DNA from: Oikopleura dioica
Lineage: Eukaryota > Animalia > Chordata
Assembly (NCBI GenBank): GCA_907165135.1
Contig: OU015567.1
Span: 15,128,001 to 15,192,000, forward strand
Reading direction: 5' to 3'
DNA: 64,000 nucleotides
Below the pieces are notes generated by a model, which was given only the letters and a program-made list of their open reading frames with translations, was not told the origin of the DNA and did not search any database. Each line of letters opens with the position of its first letter. The first letter of the stretch is position 1. A program made the position numbers and the translations under genes. Positions 1-12,400 of this stretch are shown here, piece by piece.

Positions 1-256
1 CGTGGATTTTTGAAGTGTGGGTTTGTTTAGTTGCGCGATATAGAAAGAAATACAACTTGAAAAATATTCTCATGGAGAGCTGAAAAATTCACATGTCCGT
101 GCTGTCCAGCCCGTGGCATCGGCGCAAATTTGGCCACCTGCGCCGCTTACTATAACTCGGCTCTTCTTCGGAAAATGGATAATAACTTTGAATCTTTCAG
201 ATCACCTGGAGTATAAGCCATAATTTGATAACCCTTCTTATCATGCTTCCCCCTAC

Positions 257-2613
257 CTTGTCGTAGTTTGCATGCTGGGTTTTATTCGAGCCGTCGTTGC
301 AAAGACCCCATGGCGGCGGCAAGAAGTACACGCGCTGCTCCCTGGTCTAAATAGACAAACGAGATCATGGAAAACTGATATACTCACTTTACCGATACCA
401 GAGTCTGCCGCCCGGGACTAATGCCAAAGCCAAGCTCATGGATGAACGGCGGCTCATCCTGAGAGTGGATCTGGACTTTGAGTCCCGCTTCGTAAGTGAT
501 CTCGTCTAAATTAGTCCGTCAGAATTTTCAACGATGGAAAATTCGACCCGATTTTCAAATTTTGAAAATTTGAAAGAGTTATTGAACTGTGCTTGTTTTG
601 AATTTATACAGGAAGTCCAGTATAAATCCAAGTTAATATTAGACTGCCCGTTTTTGTGCGAAAATTGGTGCGTGTTTTTTCAAATTCTCAAAATTTGAAA
701 TAATCACGTGAATTCCATTTAATCCATGTGATATTCTCGGGTGCTCTCACGCTCAAAGATCAACAGCTCTGTGCTTGTGGATTAATCGAGCTGTGATTTT
801 AAGCGGAGATTTAAGCTCGACAAACCTGACTCCTTCCACATCGGCATGTATTCGTCCTGCTGGACATCGAGCAAGAGTTCAAGGCCATTGTCGACGCCAC
901 CCTAAAACACTTTATTTCCGCTTTTATTACGGTATTTGCTCGTTACCTTGAGCGTCTTCCTTATTTCGCTTTCATTGTCCGGGTGGTTGAAGGAATAGCA
1001 CTTCCCGTAGCGGGTAAAAACCGTCTTGAAATCTTTGAAGCCGCATTTTTCGCCTCGGTAAAAGCAGTCCAGTAGTAGCTCTTCTAGTTGAATTCCCGTT
1101 CGGTTGTAAAACTAGAATCTTCATGAAAATCGATGAGAAAAGGAAGATTCACCTCGAATAAGCTAAAATCAGCAGTTGGTTTAAAAGCGCCAGAAAAGTC
1201 GGAAAGTTCTGCGAGTCGGTCGTAAACAGCTTGGTATTGCTCGGGGTTCTCAATGTCCTCTTTTGGAATGGCGGCGGGGTGAAGTTTACGTTGCTCGTTC
1301 AGGAAGCCGAGAAATTCACCGGCATGATACATGTCATTTCTGAAGAGAGCGAAGTTGGATTGCTTTCTTTGCTGCAAACTGGATTGTTAATTTTAAGGGC
1401 GTATACCTTGTTATTTGGCTGAAGCGAAACTCATTCAAATTGCAAATGGTGACGACAGGGAAGCGAAGGTTGATGGCCGAAATCTCATCCAACTTGGTCA
1501 CGTGAGGCCGCTCCAGGTAGTAATTTACACGATTAGACGACTGAAAAAAGAGACAATCGTTACCAAGTCCATTAGTTTCGATCATACTATGTCTTGAAGC
1601 AACTCACCTGTAAAATCAATAAGGTCAGCGAGGCGAGAAATGCCAAACTCCAAGCAAAACGACGGATTAATGAATGATGTCGAGCTAAAATAAAATAATT
1701 AAAAGATGGCAAATTTCTCGATTTCGCTCTATTACCGAAGATGTGGTAAAATCCGTGCATAGTAACATTGGAAGCAAACACGTGAATCGAGGCAGGGCGA
1801 AAGGAGTCCAGCGAGGACCTAGTAACAGTTAGTGCAAATTAAAAGAAAAATTCCACAGATTTGTTGGTTCATCGGATTAATGATAACCAGCACCGCCGGA
1901 AGTGCTTTTCTGCCTATCAAATAAACAAAACAAGGAATTATCCGAATGCCCCTAAGAACCGTAGTTATGTCCGAATTACATCGTTGCTGTAGTTTTTCGA
2001 CCATTTCTAAGGACACAAGATTTGTCCGAATTTCGTCGATTGAGGCTTTCGTGAATGTAAATTTCCGCTTCATCGAGCTCGTCTTCCCGAAAGGAGACCT
2101 TTTTCTTGTCCGACATTTTTAGTTTCTTTCAAATTGCGGTTTTCTCTATCTTTTAAAAATCATATCCTCGTCAAGAGGTCAAATTGCGAAAAAAAGCGAT
2201 GCAAATTAAATTTCGACATTTGTAACCATTTGGACGCGGCTGGAAGCCTGCTTCTTTCTCTAATTTAATTCTCTAAGAAGGCTTGATCTAGTGGTGGTCG
2301 ACTTGATATGTTCCATCGTTAATCAACCCTGGATATGCAAACTTATCGACACATGACCGCAAGGATCACATTTATCATTTCGCTTGATTAATGCATCATT
2401 GAATAGAAAGGTCTAATCATCAACAAGTCTGTTTTTTCCGAACCCGAAAAAACTTACTCTGAAAGCGCAAAATCATCAGATTTCTTGTCCGCATCATCTT
2501 CGTCCAAGAGCTTGTGGTCGGAAGTTGAGTTGAGCAAATCTGAAAGAAATGGTTAAAATTTTCATCAAGAAAATCCAAGGCTGTACTTTTCCTACTTGTC
2601 GCCGCTGATCCAT
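257..2613 (-). CDS. ASIC: Acid-sensing ion channel (DEG/ENaC family), multi-exon; 3' part runs off the window start
   Basis: Spliced exons give [114 protein letters not shown] and [14 protein letters not shown]. These are hallmark ASIC motifs. The ATG at 2613 is tentative. Confidence 0.93.
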
Positions 2614-3361
2614 GGTCAAAAACGATAAAAAGAAAAATAAAATTTGAAACTTATTCGACCCTTTTTTCAAAATCCGTGAATTGCTTGTACGCCTTGTTTG
2701 CTAAGAAAAAGGGTTTGTCCCCAGAGGGACTCGGCATGGCCTCTTCCACCTTGATTCTCGACTAAATTATTTAATCAAATGGCTGCTGATTGATGTGTCA
2801 AATTATATTCCAAGAAAAAGACTGCACTTTTCTCTCTAAGTGGAAATTTTTATCATAAAGACTCTCCTGCAAAAGCTGCTCGTTGGCTAGCGTCGCGAAA
2901 AGGGATGAAATGGCCGAAGTTTGACGTTCTCGCACACTACTCCTAAGTAAATATGGTTTCGAGCAATAAATAATAAATTTGGTATAAACGCATTAATTGT
3001 CAGTTCTATTTTGCCTCAGGTGCTCTGCAGCATTCTGCCCGCGGCAAGTGAGCCTCATTCTCTACTAGCTCCGTCGTTCAAATGACTGTAAATGAAACTG
3101 TATCACTTTCAAATCCGCGAACGATCGGCTGCAGGAAAAAGTAATTTCATGGTAATTTTCGCGATTAGCGGATAATTATCACCGTTTTGGATGCTCAGGT
3201 GCGCGACACTACCTGTAGCCAGATGCAAGGTTTTAGCGGTTTTATGGGAACCTTGAGCTTGTTCTACTAATTTTGGCAAAACGCGAAATGCGGTAGAAAA
3301 GAATTCCTAAAGAACCAAATTGCAGAAAATAAGCAAAAAAAAAAACATTATGACTATAAAG

Positions 3362-3555
3362 CTTGGCTCGGCAACCTGTGTAGAGTCCTGAGTCCTGAGT
3401 CAGGGTCTGACAGATCTCTAAGGAAAAGCCGAGTCGAAAAAGTATTGGACGGATATTTTCGCGAAGCCGCTTCGCGGCTTTGTTTTTGAAAAAGCCGCTA
3501 CGCGGCTTTTAATTAATCATCTTTCGGACGCTGACTCAGGTTTTCTACACAGGTT
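3362..3555. mobile_element. MITE family A (hAT-like), long form; right terminus replaced by telomere-like repeats
   Basis: TIR core AACCTGTGTAGA..CCTGAGTCAGGGTC / GAC.CTGACTCAGGTTTTCTACACAGGTT, with internal AAGCCGC-N3-GCGGCTT palindromes. Confidence 0.85.
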
Positions 3556-3575
3556 AAGGTTAGAGTTAGGGTTAG
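3554..3575 (+). repeat. Interstitial telomere-like tract
   Basis: ttaagg ttagag ttaggg ttag directly abutting the MITE. Confidence 0.55.
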
Positions 3576-4455
3576 TTCAGCTGTAAAGACAGTCTGTCAG
3601 TCTTACTTCGAGTAATAACTGCAGTTTTCTGATTTCTCTGAATCTCAAATTTTGTCATCTGCAATTTTGTTACTAAGTGTTTACAGTTTTAATTTGATAA
3701 ACCCGGCTAAAGATTTCGCCCTCTTTTCAAGCGAGAATGTCAGATTTGAGAGGATTTTTTTAAATAATCGTCTAAATTGCTCCTCCCGAAATCATATTTC
3801 ATACTTTTCTTGAAAGATTTTTACGCGTCCTCATTAAAAGAGGGGAGGTACTCATTTTAATTTCTTTCTCTGAAATTTTTTTGAAAACTTTTTTTCTATA
3901 ACTTGTGTTCGATAAAAGGTTCTATGTAAAATCCTTTTATCTGTCTTTTTTTTTTGTAATTTAGTCTTATGAATACTTTAAAGCGGTACCCTTTGAAGCC
4001 GTAATATTGAATTAATTTTTAAGCAACTGTTTTATGCACTTACACTTTGCAATCCGCTCTGTGCGATTTTTAGACATCCCTCTCTTTTCTTATTTTTTGG
4101 CGAAAAAAGGTGTTTAGTGGAATTGTTTTTGGATCAATTCTGGAGTTGATCGACTCAATTTGAACATGTTGATGGCGTTTTAATTCCGTCAGCTCCAGGC
4201 TTTATCAATAAAAAATGGATCGTGCATATTTCTGATGGGTGGAAGCACCAAATGGAGCAAAAAATGAGACACACGTGACAGACGATTGAGATCGCCATAT
4301 TCTCAAATTAACGAGTGTTTAAAGGGCCTCAAAGTTAGCGGATCTATTATTTACAAGCACCTAGAAACATGAAAGAGCTCGCCAATATGGCAATTATATT
4401 TGGTCTAAATTTTAGTTCTGAGACATTAGGTACTAAGAACATAGAGTCTTATAAA

Positions 4456-4668
4456 CTGGGCTGGGCAACCTGTGTAGAAAACCTGAGTCAGGGTCTGAAA
4501 GAATTGAAATGAAAAGCCGCGCAGGTTCGCCAAAATTTTGGATTGATTGTAATGGGTATATTAGCGAAGCCGTTTTGCGGCTTCGTTTTTAAAAAGCCGC
4601 TACGCGGCTTTTCATTTCAACCTTTTGAGACCCTGACTCAGGTTTTCTACATAGGTTGGCCAGCCCAG
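4456..4668. mobile_element. MITE family A, complete, with perfect 8-bp TSD
   Basis: CTGGGCTGG...CCAGCCCAG termini; CTTATAAA at 4448-4455 and 4669-4676. Confidence 0.95.
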
Positions 4669-5420
4669 CTTATAAAGTTCGAATGTTTGCTATTAAAAAT
4701 AAATCATAGTTTGTTAAAAAAATTCATTTGATAAGATCCAGTTTCGGCTACTTCCATTTAGCTTCCATTTAGCTTGTCTGAAGATTGCTTCCGATCTTTT
4801 GATCCTCCAAATTTTAATGGGAAATGGGCACCTTAAAAACTGGCAAAATACAAAATCACTTCCGTTAGAAATCAAATCGCTAAAAGTGGAATCGTTTTAC
4901 TGCTCCTGTCCGAGCGGCCATAAATGACATGCGTCCACGACATCATCAAAGCCCCCCTTTTTCGCCTCAGAAGTCAAAAGAATGTCCCAAAAATCAAACA
5001 GGCGTCTAGTACCTCTTGTGATATTTTTCCATCTGTTGTGGACAATCGTCTCTCTCCGGTAGTTTCTCGTCGAAAACCTACACTTGGTTAAAGGCCTCCG
5101 CTGCATTTATCCTCGATGAAAATGAAAATTGAATTTTAATTTTGCCTAAATGAAGTGGACCTGAGGTTAACTTGTTTGCTGGCCATTTTCAAGTGAGTGC
5201 GGTGAGATGCAAATAACCGACACTTTCCATGACGGAACCCTTTTTAGATCGAAAATAATCACATCAAATATGCATGTTCTGCTGATCTTCGAATACGGGC
5301 ACAAATAGTAAATGCGCATAACATTCAGTTTTTCAAATATTTATGTCAAAAAAGTAGATACTCGTCATTTTGATGGGCAGTGGGTCAAAGTTATTGCCAT
5401 CAGAATAAAGGTTTTCCGAG

Positions 5421-5789
5421 CAGGGCTCGGCAACCTGTGTAGAAAACCTGAGTCAGGATTTTTAAAAAGAAAAATAATTTTATTCAATTATAATTTGATT
5501 TATGGCGAAGCCGCTTTGCGGCTTCGTTTTGAAAAAGCCGCTACGCGGCTTTTCGTTTTAGATCTTTCAGACCCTGACTCAGGTTTTCTACACAGGTTGC
5601 CGTGTGCAAACCTATGTAAAAAACCTGAGTCAGGATCTGTTTTTTAACGAAAATTAACTATTTCTATCTGATTTTGATTTATGGCGAAGCCGCTTTGCGG
5701 CTTCGTTTTTGAAAAAGCCGCTATGCGGCTTTTCATTTTAGTTACTTCAAACCCTGATTCAGGTTTTCTACTCAGGTTGGCGGGGCCAG
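5421..5789. mobile_element. MITE family A tandem dimer
   Basis: Two consecutive units (about 5421-5600 and 5601-5789) share one TSD pair, TTTCCGAG / ATTCCGAG. Confidence 0.85.
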
Positions 5790-6748
5790 ATTCCGAGTAA
5801 ATACAGTAATCTCATCAAAAATAGCCAAATTTCGGTAAAAAATAATTCTAAATCAGTCACTTTTCGATTACCATTGATAATTTACGGAGGTAAAAAACGA
5901 AGTGGAGCAAGAAGAATTCAAATAAAAAATCGATGCGTAAATATTTATGCGATTGGAAAATGTGGCGAAAGGAATAGTACGCCAGGCAGGTCCACTGATT
6001 CGCGACTGATTGAGCTGTCGCCCGAGTCAATTTGAAATCCAAAATCTGCTGTTTAATTTGGACAACGGAACATGTTCACACTCTGATATTGTCGCTTGAT
6101 GTACTTACTCTGGCTGTTACTGTGGTCCAGAAACTTCATGAATCGGCCTAGAGCGGCACATGTTGGGCCCAGGTCATTCTCGAGTTAGGGTTCTTTTTAT
6201 GAAGAAAATTCATTAAAATCATAAAAAATAGCTCGATTTTAGATCCTCAAGAGCCCTCCCGAAGCGACTGTATGCCGTCTGGTCATTCTCTTATTCTGCA
6301 GCAGCGAGCACCGTCTCTAAAAACGTCCCTTTCTGACAAATTCTCAAAGGGGCCGTACTTTCACTTTGCAAGGAACCGATTTATTTCGACGCGTTGTACC
6401 AGTCGCCAGTCTCTCATAATCGCTCATTTTAAAATTTATATGAAAAGAACAAAAAATACGTCAACAAAACTGTTCTTTAGATGTGAGTCTTTCCCTCTAC
6501 CAGATGCATGATTTTAAAAACACGATTTTCGAAAACGTAACCGCAAAGTCTCTCATTATTAATTGCAAATTCTTACCATCGATGGCAGGAGCATGGATCC
6601 TCAGCCGCGTGATTGACTTCTTCCGTGCGACTGTTGATGGCTTTTTATCGAAAATTGGGTAGACGAGTGCATCAAATGTCAAATCAAACGAAAACCTTTT
6701 AGCGCGAACCTTTCGTTTTGATATATTTTTAAGGGATCCCCCATGGAT

Positions 6749-6957
6749 CAGAGTTGGTAATTTTGCTATATTTTTGCTGAGCGGACCTGAGTAAAAATTT
6801 CTCTGAGCTGAGCTGAGCTGAGCTGGTTGAGATGAGCTGAGCTGTTTTTACTGTGTTTTTAGTAGTAAATTGTGCTAAAATCATTGAGCTGAGCTGAGCT
6901 GAGCTGAGTGAAAATTGCGACCGCTCAGCTCACTCAGCTCAGGAAATTTGCAACTCG
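6749..6957. mobile_element. MITE family B with (CTGAG)n subterminal arrays
   Basis: CAGAGTTG...CAACTCG termini and GAGCT pentamer arrays; TSD not preserved. Confidence 0.75.
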
Positions 6958-9428
6958 ATATGTTCATATAAATCCAGCCTCGAAATGAACTCGAACTCTG
7001 GAATTCATACGGTTCTTGATTGATGTTTTCGTCGCCCCAATTAGCGCTATAATTTTCTATTGATGCTCAGCAGCATCAAAAGAGAGAGGTCTCTCTATAG
7101 AACAATTTCAACTTTGAAACTTTGAAGCCATAATTTTTCTCATGAATAGTGGGAATAGTCTTCTGTTCTTTCTCTCTCTGTTGCGTTTGAGTTCTGATAA
7201 TTTGGGAAGCGAGGAAATGAGGAAAAGAAGATGGTAATGAGATTAGCTCAATGTCATTCCTTATAACAATCGTTCTATATTTTCCCGCCAGGGCAGGAAA
7301 AATATTTCTTTCTGTGATGCATTATTTACAGGCAAACCAGCGCCCCTGTCAAAGTAACTTACTCAAATGTACGCCTTTTTCGGACACTCTTCGCTCCATC
7401 TGTAAGGCCTTTTGGAAACGCAGTCGACCAAATATTCCGTATTTTCGCTCAACAAGACAATATGTAGAAGACATTTCTTCATAATTAGTAAGCATGACTT
7501 CCCTAGCGAATTATTACGAAAAGGGGTTTAAAGAGGGATAATAATTTATAACTCCGAAATTAAAATTTTCCAGTTTCCCCAAAATTCCAGGTGCAGCCAA
7601 AATTTCTCAGAGTGATTGATACTCTGACTGTCAGATAGCGAGGGCAGATTTCACGGTCACGCTCGTCAACCTTGCCGAAATGGCCTAGATGGGCCTCGGC
7701 TCCCTACTTCCTCCAAAAAAATTCTCGCGAAGCGGGGGGCTCTGGCAGCGCCCCCTAAAAAAGAGTGGCGCTCGTCGCACTTTTTTGTCGCGCTCGCAGA
7801 AGGAGTAAGACCTCCTCAAGCTTCTCGACAGCCAAATATTCAATTATACATTCCAAAATCCAAAACCGGAAGTTACCCTTCAAAAAGCCTGAAAGAAGAT
7901 AGAGAGATACAGTATCAGAAAGAGAGAGAGAGACAAGAAAACATAACTACGAAGAAGTTTTTTTAGCGAAAAGGTGAGAGCCATTAATTTCTAATTGAGT
8001 TTTTCTTCTGCCAGAAATGTTGGCACTGAAATTTGCGCGCACGTAGTAATCATTAATTTTTTACGATTTTTGGATTAGCGCGAATTATTGCCAGATGATC
8101 AGCATCTTTTTATTTATCATGGAAAGTTGGAGACGTTTTTATTTCGTAGAGAATCATCCATCTCGAGTTTTTCAGGTATAAAAATAGAATCTTCGCAAAG
8201 AACCATAATCTACTGAAAATTTTCTTTAGTTTATAAATTACTCTTTTGTTTCGACTTGGTACTAAAATCCAACACATAATACGTATGTTCCATGACAAGT
8301 AACTGTATCTCTCTACTGGGCATAAAGGAAATATAAGATTTTTAATTTCAAACAGTCGATAAAAATTTAGGCACTGATCCTTTTCAATTTTTTTTTTTGA
8401 TATCCGTGGATTTGCGATCAATAAACACAGAAAGAGCTGATCCAGCATGTAGCGATAAGATGATTACTTATGAGTTTATCGACATGCATGACGCGCGATA
8501 GACGATCAGAGGCCGGATAGGTGGGATCAGTCGATCGCCACTACCGTCAACGAACGCGGCGTAAATCCAGTGGGATTAATGATGCGGAACGTGCCCTGCG
8601 GGGAGTGAGTTCCCGGAGGAAGTGCTCAAACCTCGCGCCGAGACTTTGACCTTTTGAGTCTCGCCAGTTTACTGCCTTCTTTATATTTGATCAAAATTTT
8701 TATGTACACTCCCAGAGCACCTTTTTTTGATTTACTTAGCACCCCCTGAGGGGAGTGCGCGTCCCTGGGTGCCCGATTAGGAACTATTTTTGACGCAGCT
8801 GGATAGCAAGTGCTATAGTTGCCATTTCCGGCGACAAGGGAAAGAAGACTGTTAAAGTGTCACTCGCGACATCCGCTCTGAGGGTAAAGGTGGATTGAAT
8901 AAGGGTGTACCTGGCAGAGAGAACGCTTCCTTGGCGTCCAAAGTTGTAAATCAATCCGGAGATTCTAAATCCCCACAATAAGTCCATTCAACATTTGACA
9001 TCCTTGGGTCAGTTTTTTTGAGGGGGCCATTGTGTTTCCCGCCGTGGGTCTATAAAAGTGTGTCCCTGATTGTAATTGATCAATCATTTTTTCAGCTTTA
9101 CAGAGTTATGCGATCATCGATTTACGAGGATATTGATTAATTGGTAATATTCTCCGTGGATAGCTAGGCCACCTATCCTTTCTTTGACTGGTGGTCCTCT
9201 TTTACGTCAGATGATCATCATCTCGTCTGAAATGATCTATCGTCTCTCTATCCAGGCGGATATCCCCCGCTTTTTCCCATAAATGACTGATCGCCAGTGC
9301 TTAGATTTGTAGATTTACGAGTTCTGCCGTCTTCAATAATCAGTTTTTTAGAAACTTCCGAACGATGAAATAGCGACCGAGAGTTTCCGATTTATACTAC
9401 TGCCAAACACGAAAACAACGAAAACGAA

Positions 9429-12400
9429 ATGAAAATTCAAGCCTTTATCTTGCCCTTTACCGCCTTTGCTTGGCAAATTGGAGATCAGGAAAAGGTTCAC
9501 CTTGAGCTACGGGTAGCTAATGATGGATTAGTTATCTGTCGATTGGATTAGCATTAGCCAGCATAAATATAACTGGAAAGGAATGATGCAACGTCCGCAC
9601 CGCTGATCACCCCCTTGAGCCCGTCAAAGTCTTTCTTATCATATGTTGATCCCCATATGGCCCCGTGATTGAGCGCCCTAAGTCCATATGTGGCAACTAT
9701 ACAGTTAAAAAGATCCCAAGGACCCTTAGCGGGGATAATTGTGGATTGACATGGCTATTCAGAATTAGCCAATAAGATCCGCTTATGTTCAAAATTTACC
9801 AATCAGACTCATTTCAGACAGAGCATTTGAGTTTTAGCTGAGCAACGGGCTGACCTATATTTTCTGACCACTTTTTCGTGCCTAATACAATAGAACTCGC
9901 ACCTGGCTGCGCATCCAGGTGCTGGTATTTATGCATGAGGACATGTTGTATACTACTCCAGTTTTCGCCGCCTTTTGCGAGGTTTTGGCGCAAAATAGCG
10001 GACTTACTATATTTGTGGATAAATAGCTACTTAGCCCGAGCACTCACAATAACATAAACACTTTATTACGCCCCTAAATACCCTTGAAAGGTTGAGTAGA
10101 ACCTCTGTCCAGTTCGGATCGCCATACGACGGCGACATCGATCTCGGCCGCCCGCCCAAATGCGAAGAAATCAAGGTCCCAATGTGCCAGGGAATTGGAT
10201 ATAATTACACCTCAATGGAAATCTCCCCGTTTCATCTTCAAACTCAAATGGTGAGCAAACATATTAAAACTTAAAAATGGCTTTATGGCAGTTTCGCGCG
10301 GAGTTGAATACAAAACACTTTATACATTCCAAAGAGCTTGAGAATGAATCTTCCTCCATTCGAAAATGATCTGTTTATTTCAGGAAGTCATCGCAGAAGC
10401 GCATCAATTCTACGTCCTCGTCCAAAAAGGCTGCTCCGCCGATCTCCGACCATTCCTCTGCGGCCTGTACACTCCAGTCTGCATGCCGGACTACCACAAG
10501 TTCCTCCCGCCCTGTCGATTTCTGTGCGAACGCGCTCGCGCTGGCTGCGAGCCCATAATGAATGAGCACGGATTTGAGGTGAGAATCCTTTTCATACAGC
10601 GATTATTCCTCACTACTGATTTCTCAAATCAATGGATCTTGTTCTAATACTGTATTTTCTCCCTTCAGTGGCCGGAAAAGATGAACTGCGAGCTTCTCCC
10701 TGAAGATCAGTTGTGCAACGATTTCGGAAGGAAGCAAGAAAGAGTCGAGCTCCCAGATCTCATCCCTTCTTCAAACACCCGGCATTCTTCTTGCCGAAAC
10801 TGCCAATGCTCGCGCCACCTGATCGACCTGACCAAATCCTCATCCCCAAGCTTCGAGGCTGATCTACGCGCCGTAAGTATTTTTTATTTGAATCTTTATG
10901 ATTTCGCGTCGGATAATAATTGAGCGAAAATTACTCAATTTCCTCGTCGCTCACTATTCGGGACAGTTTTAGGGGGTTACTGATCCACTTCCGGAATCAG
11001 CATTGACGGCCTGGGAAAGTGTTTCTTTCGCCAAAAATCGAAAAGCAAACATTTTGATAAACCATAAAATTTAGCCCTTCTTCCCAGCGGGAGTTCGCCA
11101 AATAGGGCCATTTAGGCTAATCCAGATCATTATTTACTAATTTCATACAGGGGTACTCCAGCTTCATTAGCGACCTCAGATGGAAAAAGGGATTCTTAGA
11201 TAGCTCAGAGTTGCAAATTTGCTGAGCTGAGTGAGCTGAGCAGTCGCTCAGCTCAGTCATTTTCGAAAATGATCCGATCTTCTCAGCTCAGCTCAATGAT
11301 TTTAATACAATTTTACTATTAAAAATACAGTAAAAACAGCTCAGTTCAGCTCAGCCAGCTCAGCTCAGCTCTAATAAGGGTCTGCTCAGCTCAGCTCAGC
11401 TCAATGACCTCTGAAAATGGGCAGCTCAGCTCAGCTCAACCTAGTGAGCTCCGAAATAGGCCAGCTCAGCTCAGAGAATTTTTCACGCAGGTCAGCTCAG
11501 CTAAGTGAAAATAAAGCAAAATTTGCAATTCTTATATAGCTCGAGAATATGCCGGTTACTTCAAAGAATATGCATGAAATACTGGGGTTTCTTTCGAAAT
11601 AGCCAAGATAGCCAGATAATCTACCTGTAGGAGACAAAGCTTATCAGTATTTCAGTCAGTAGGGCCGCCGCGAATAAGCAGTTTAAAAACATAAAAGCAT
11701 CGATACGGCGTTTGGTGCCGAATGTATCTGTTCCGGGGTAAAATGTTTGCTTGGGCATTCACGTCAAAGTTCTGCAAAAACGACTTTGAAAGGGGAGTAT
11801 TCACAAACTGCCACCTTCTTGTGAATTTGTTTAGCGCGCTCGCCAAAATCTTTACGTTATCGTTTTCTTTTGTTTTCAAAATTAACATAAGTTTACCTTC
11901 CAACTGTCGCTCTTTTGAGTTCCGAGAGCGGAAGAACCCAAAATTTTTGGAGTTTTCTTTTGTTGGGAAAAAGGAGGGACGAGACGGAGTAAAATCCCCT
12001 TTAGAAAAAAGGAAGTTTACGGGACACTTGTAGGGCCCTCTTTCCAACGGATGCCCATGAATAGTCCTCGGACGTGGGATAATCCAATTATCGCCACAAG
12101 TGGCAAAGTTATGAAGTCGACTTGAGTCGAGGGAAATCCCTAAAAGATAGTTCCGCTAAAAGAGAGATCTCGAACGCGGAGTACAATGGGGATTAGGCAA
12201 ACTTCAGCCTGATTCGGGATCATTAAAATCGACAAAGAAATAATTTTTGTATCCTTGCCAAACCGAGTCCCCGTTTCCGAGTCTGAATTTTCAAGCTTGA
12301 AGATCAAAACTTCACAATTTCTTTCGGAACTTTGAATATTTCAACCCACAGCAAAAGCCTTAAATAAAATTGAAATTGATCCAGTAACCACTTTAGACCA

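Noticed and set aside
10970-12400. Possible 1.4-kb TIR element in the frizzled intron enclosing the family B MITE
   Set aside because: Only a weak GTTACTG(G)ATC inverted match and no convincing TSD.
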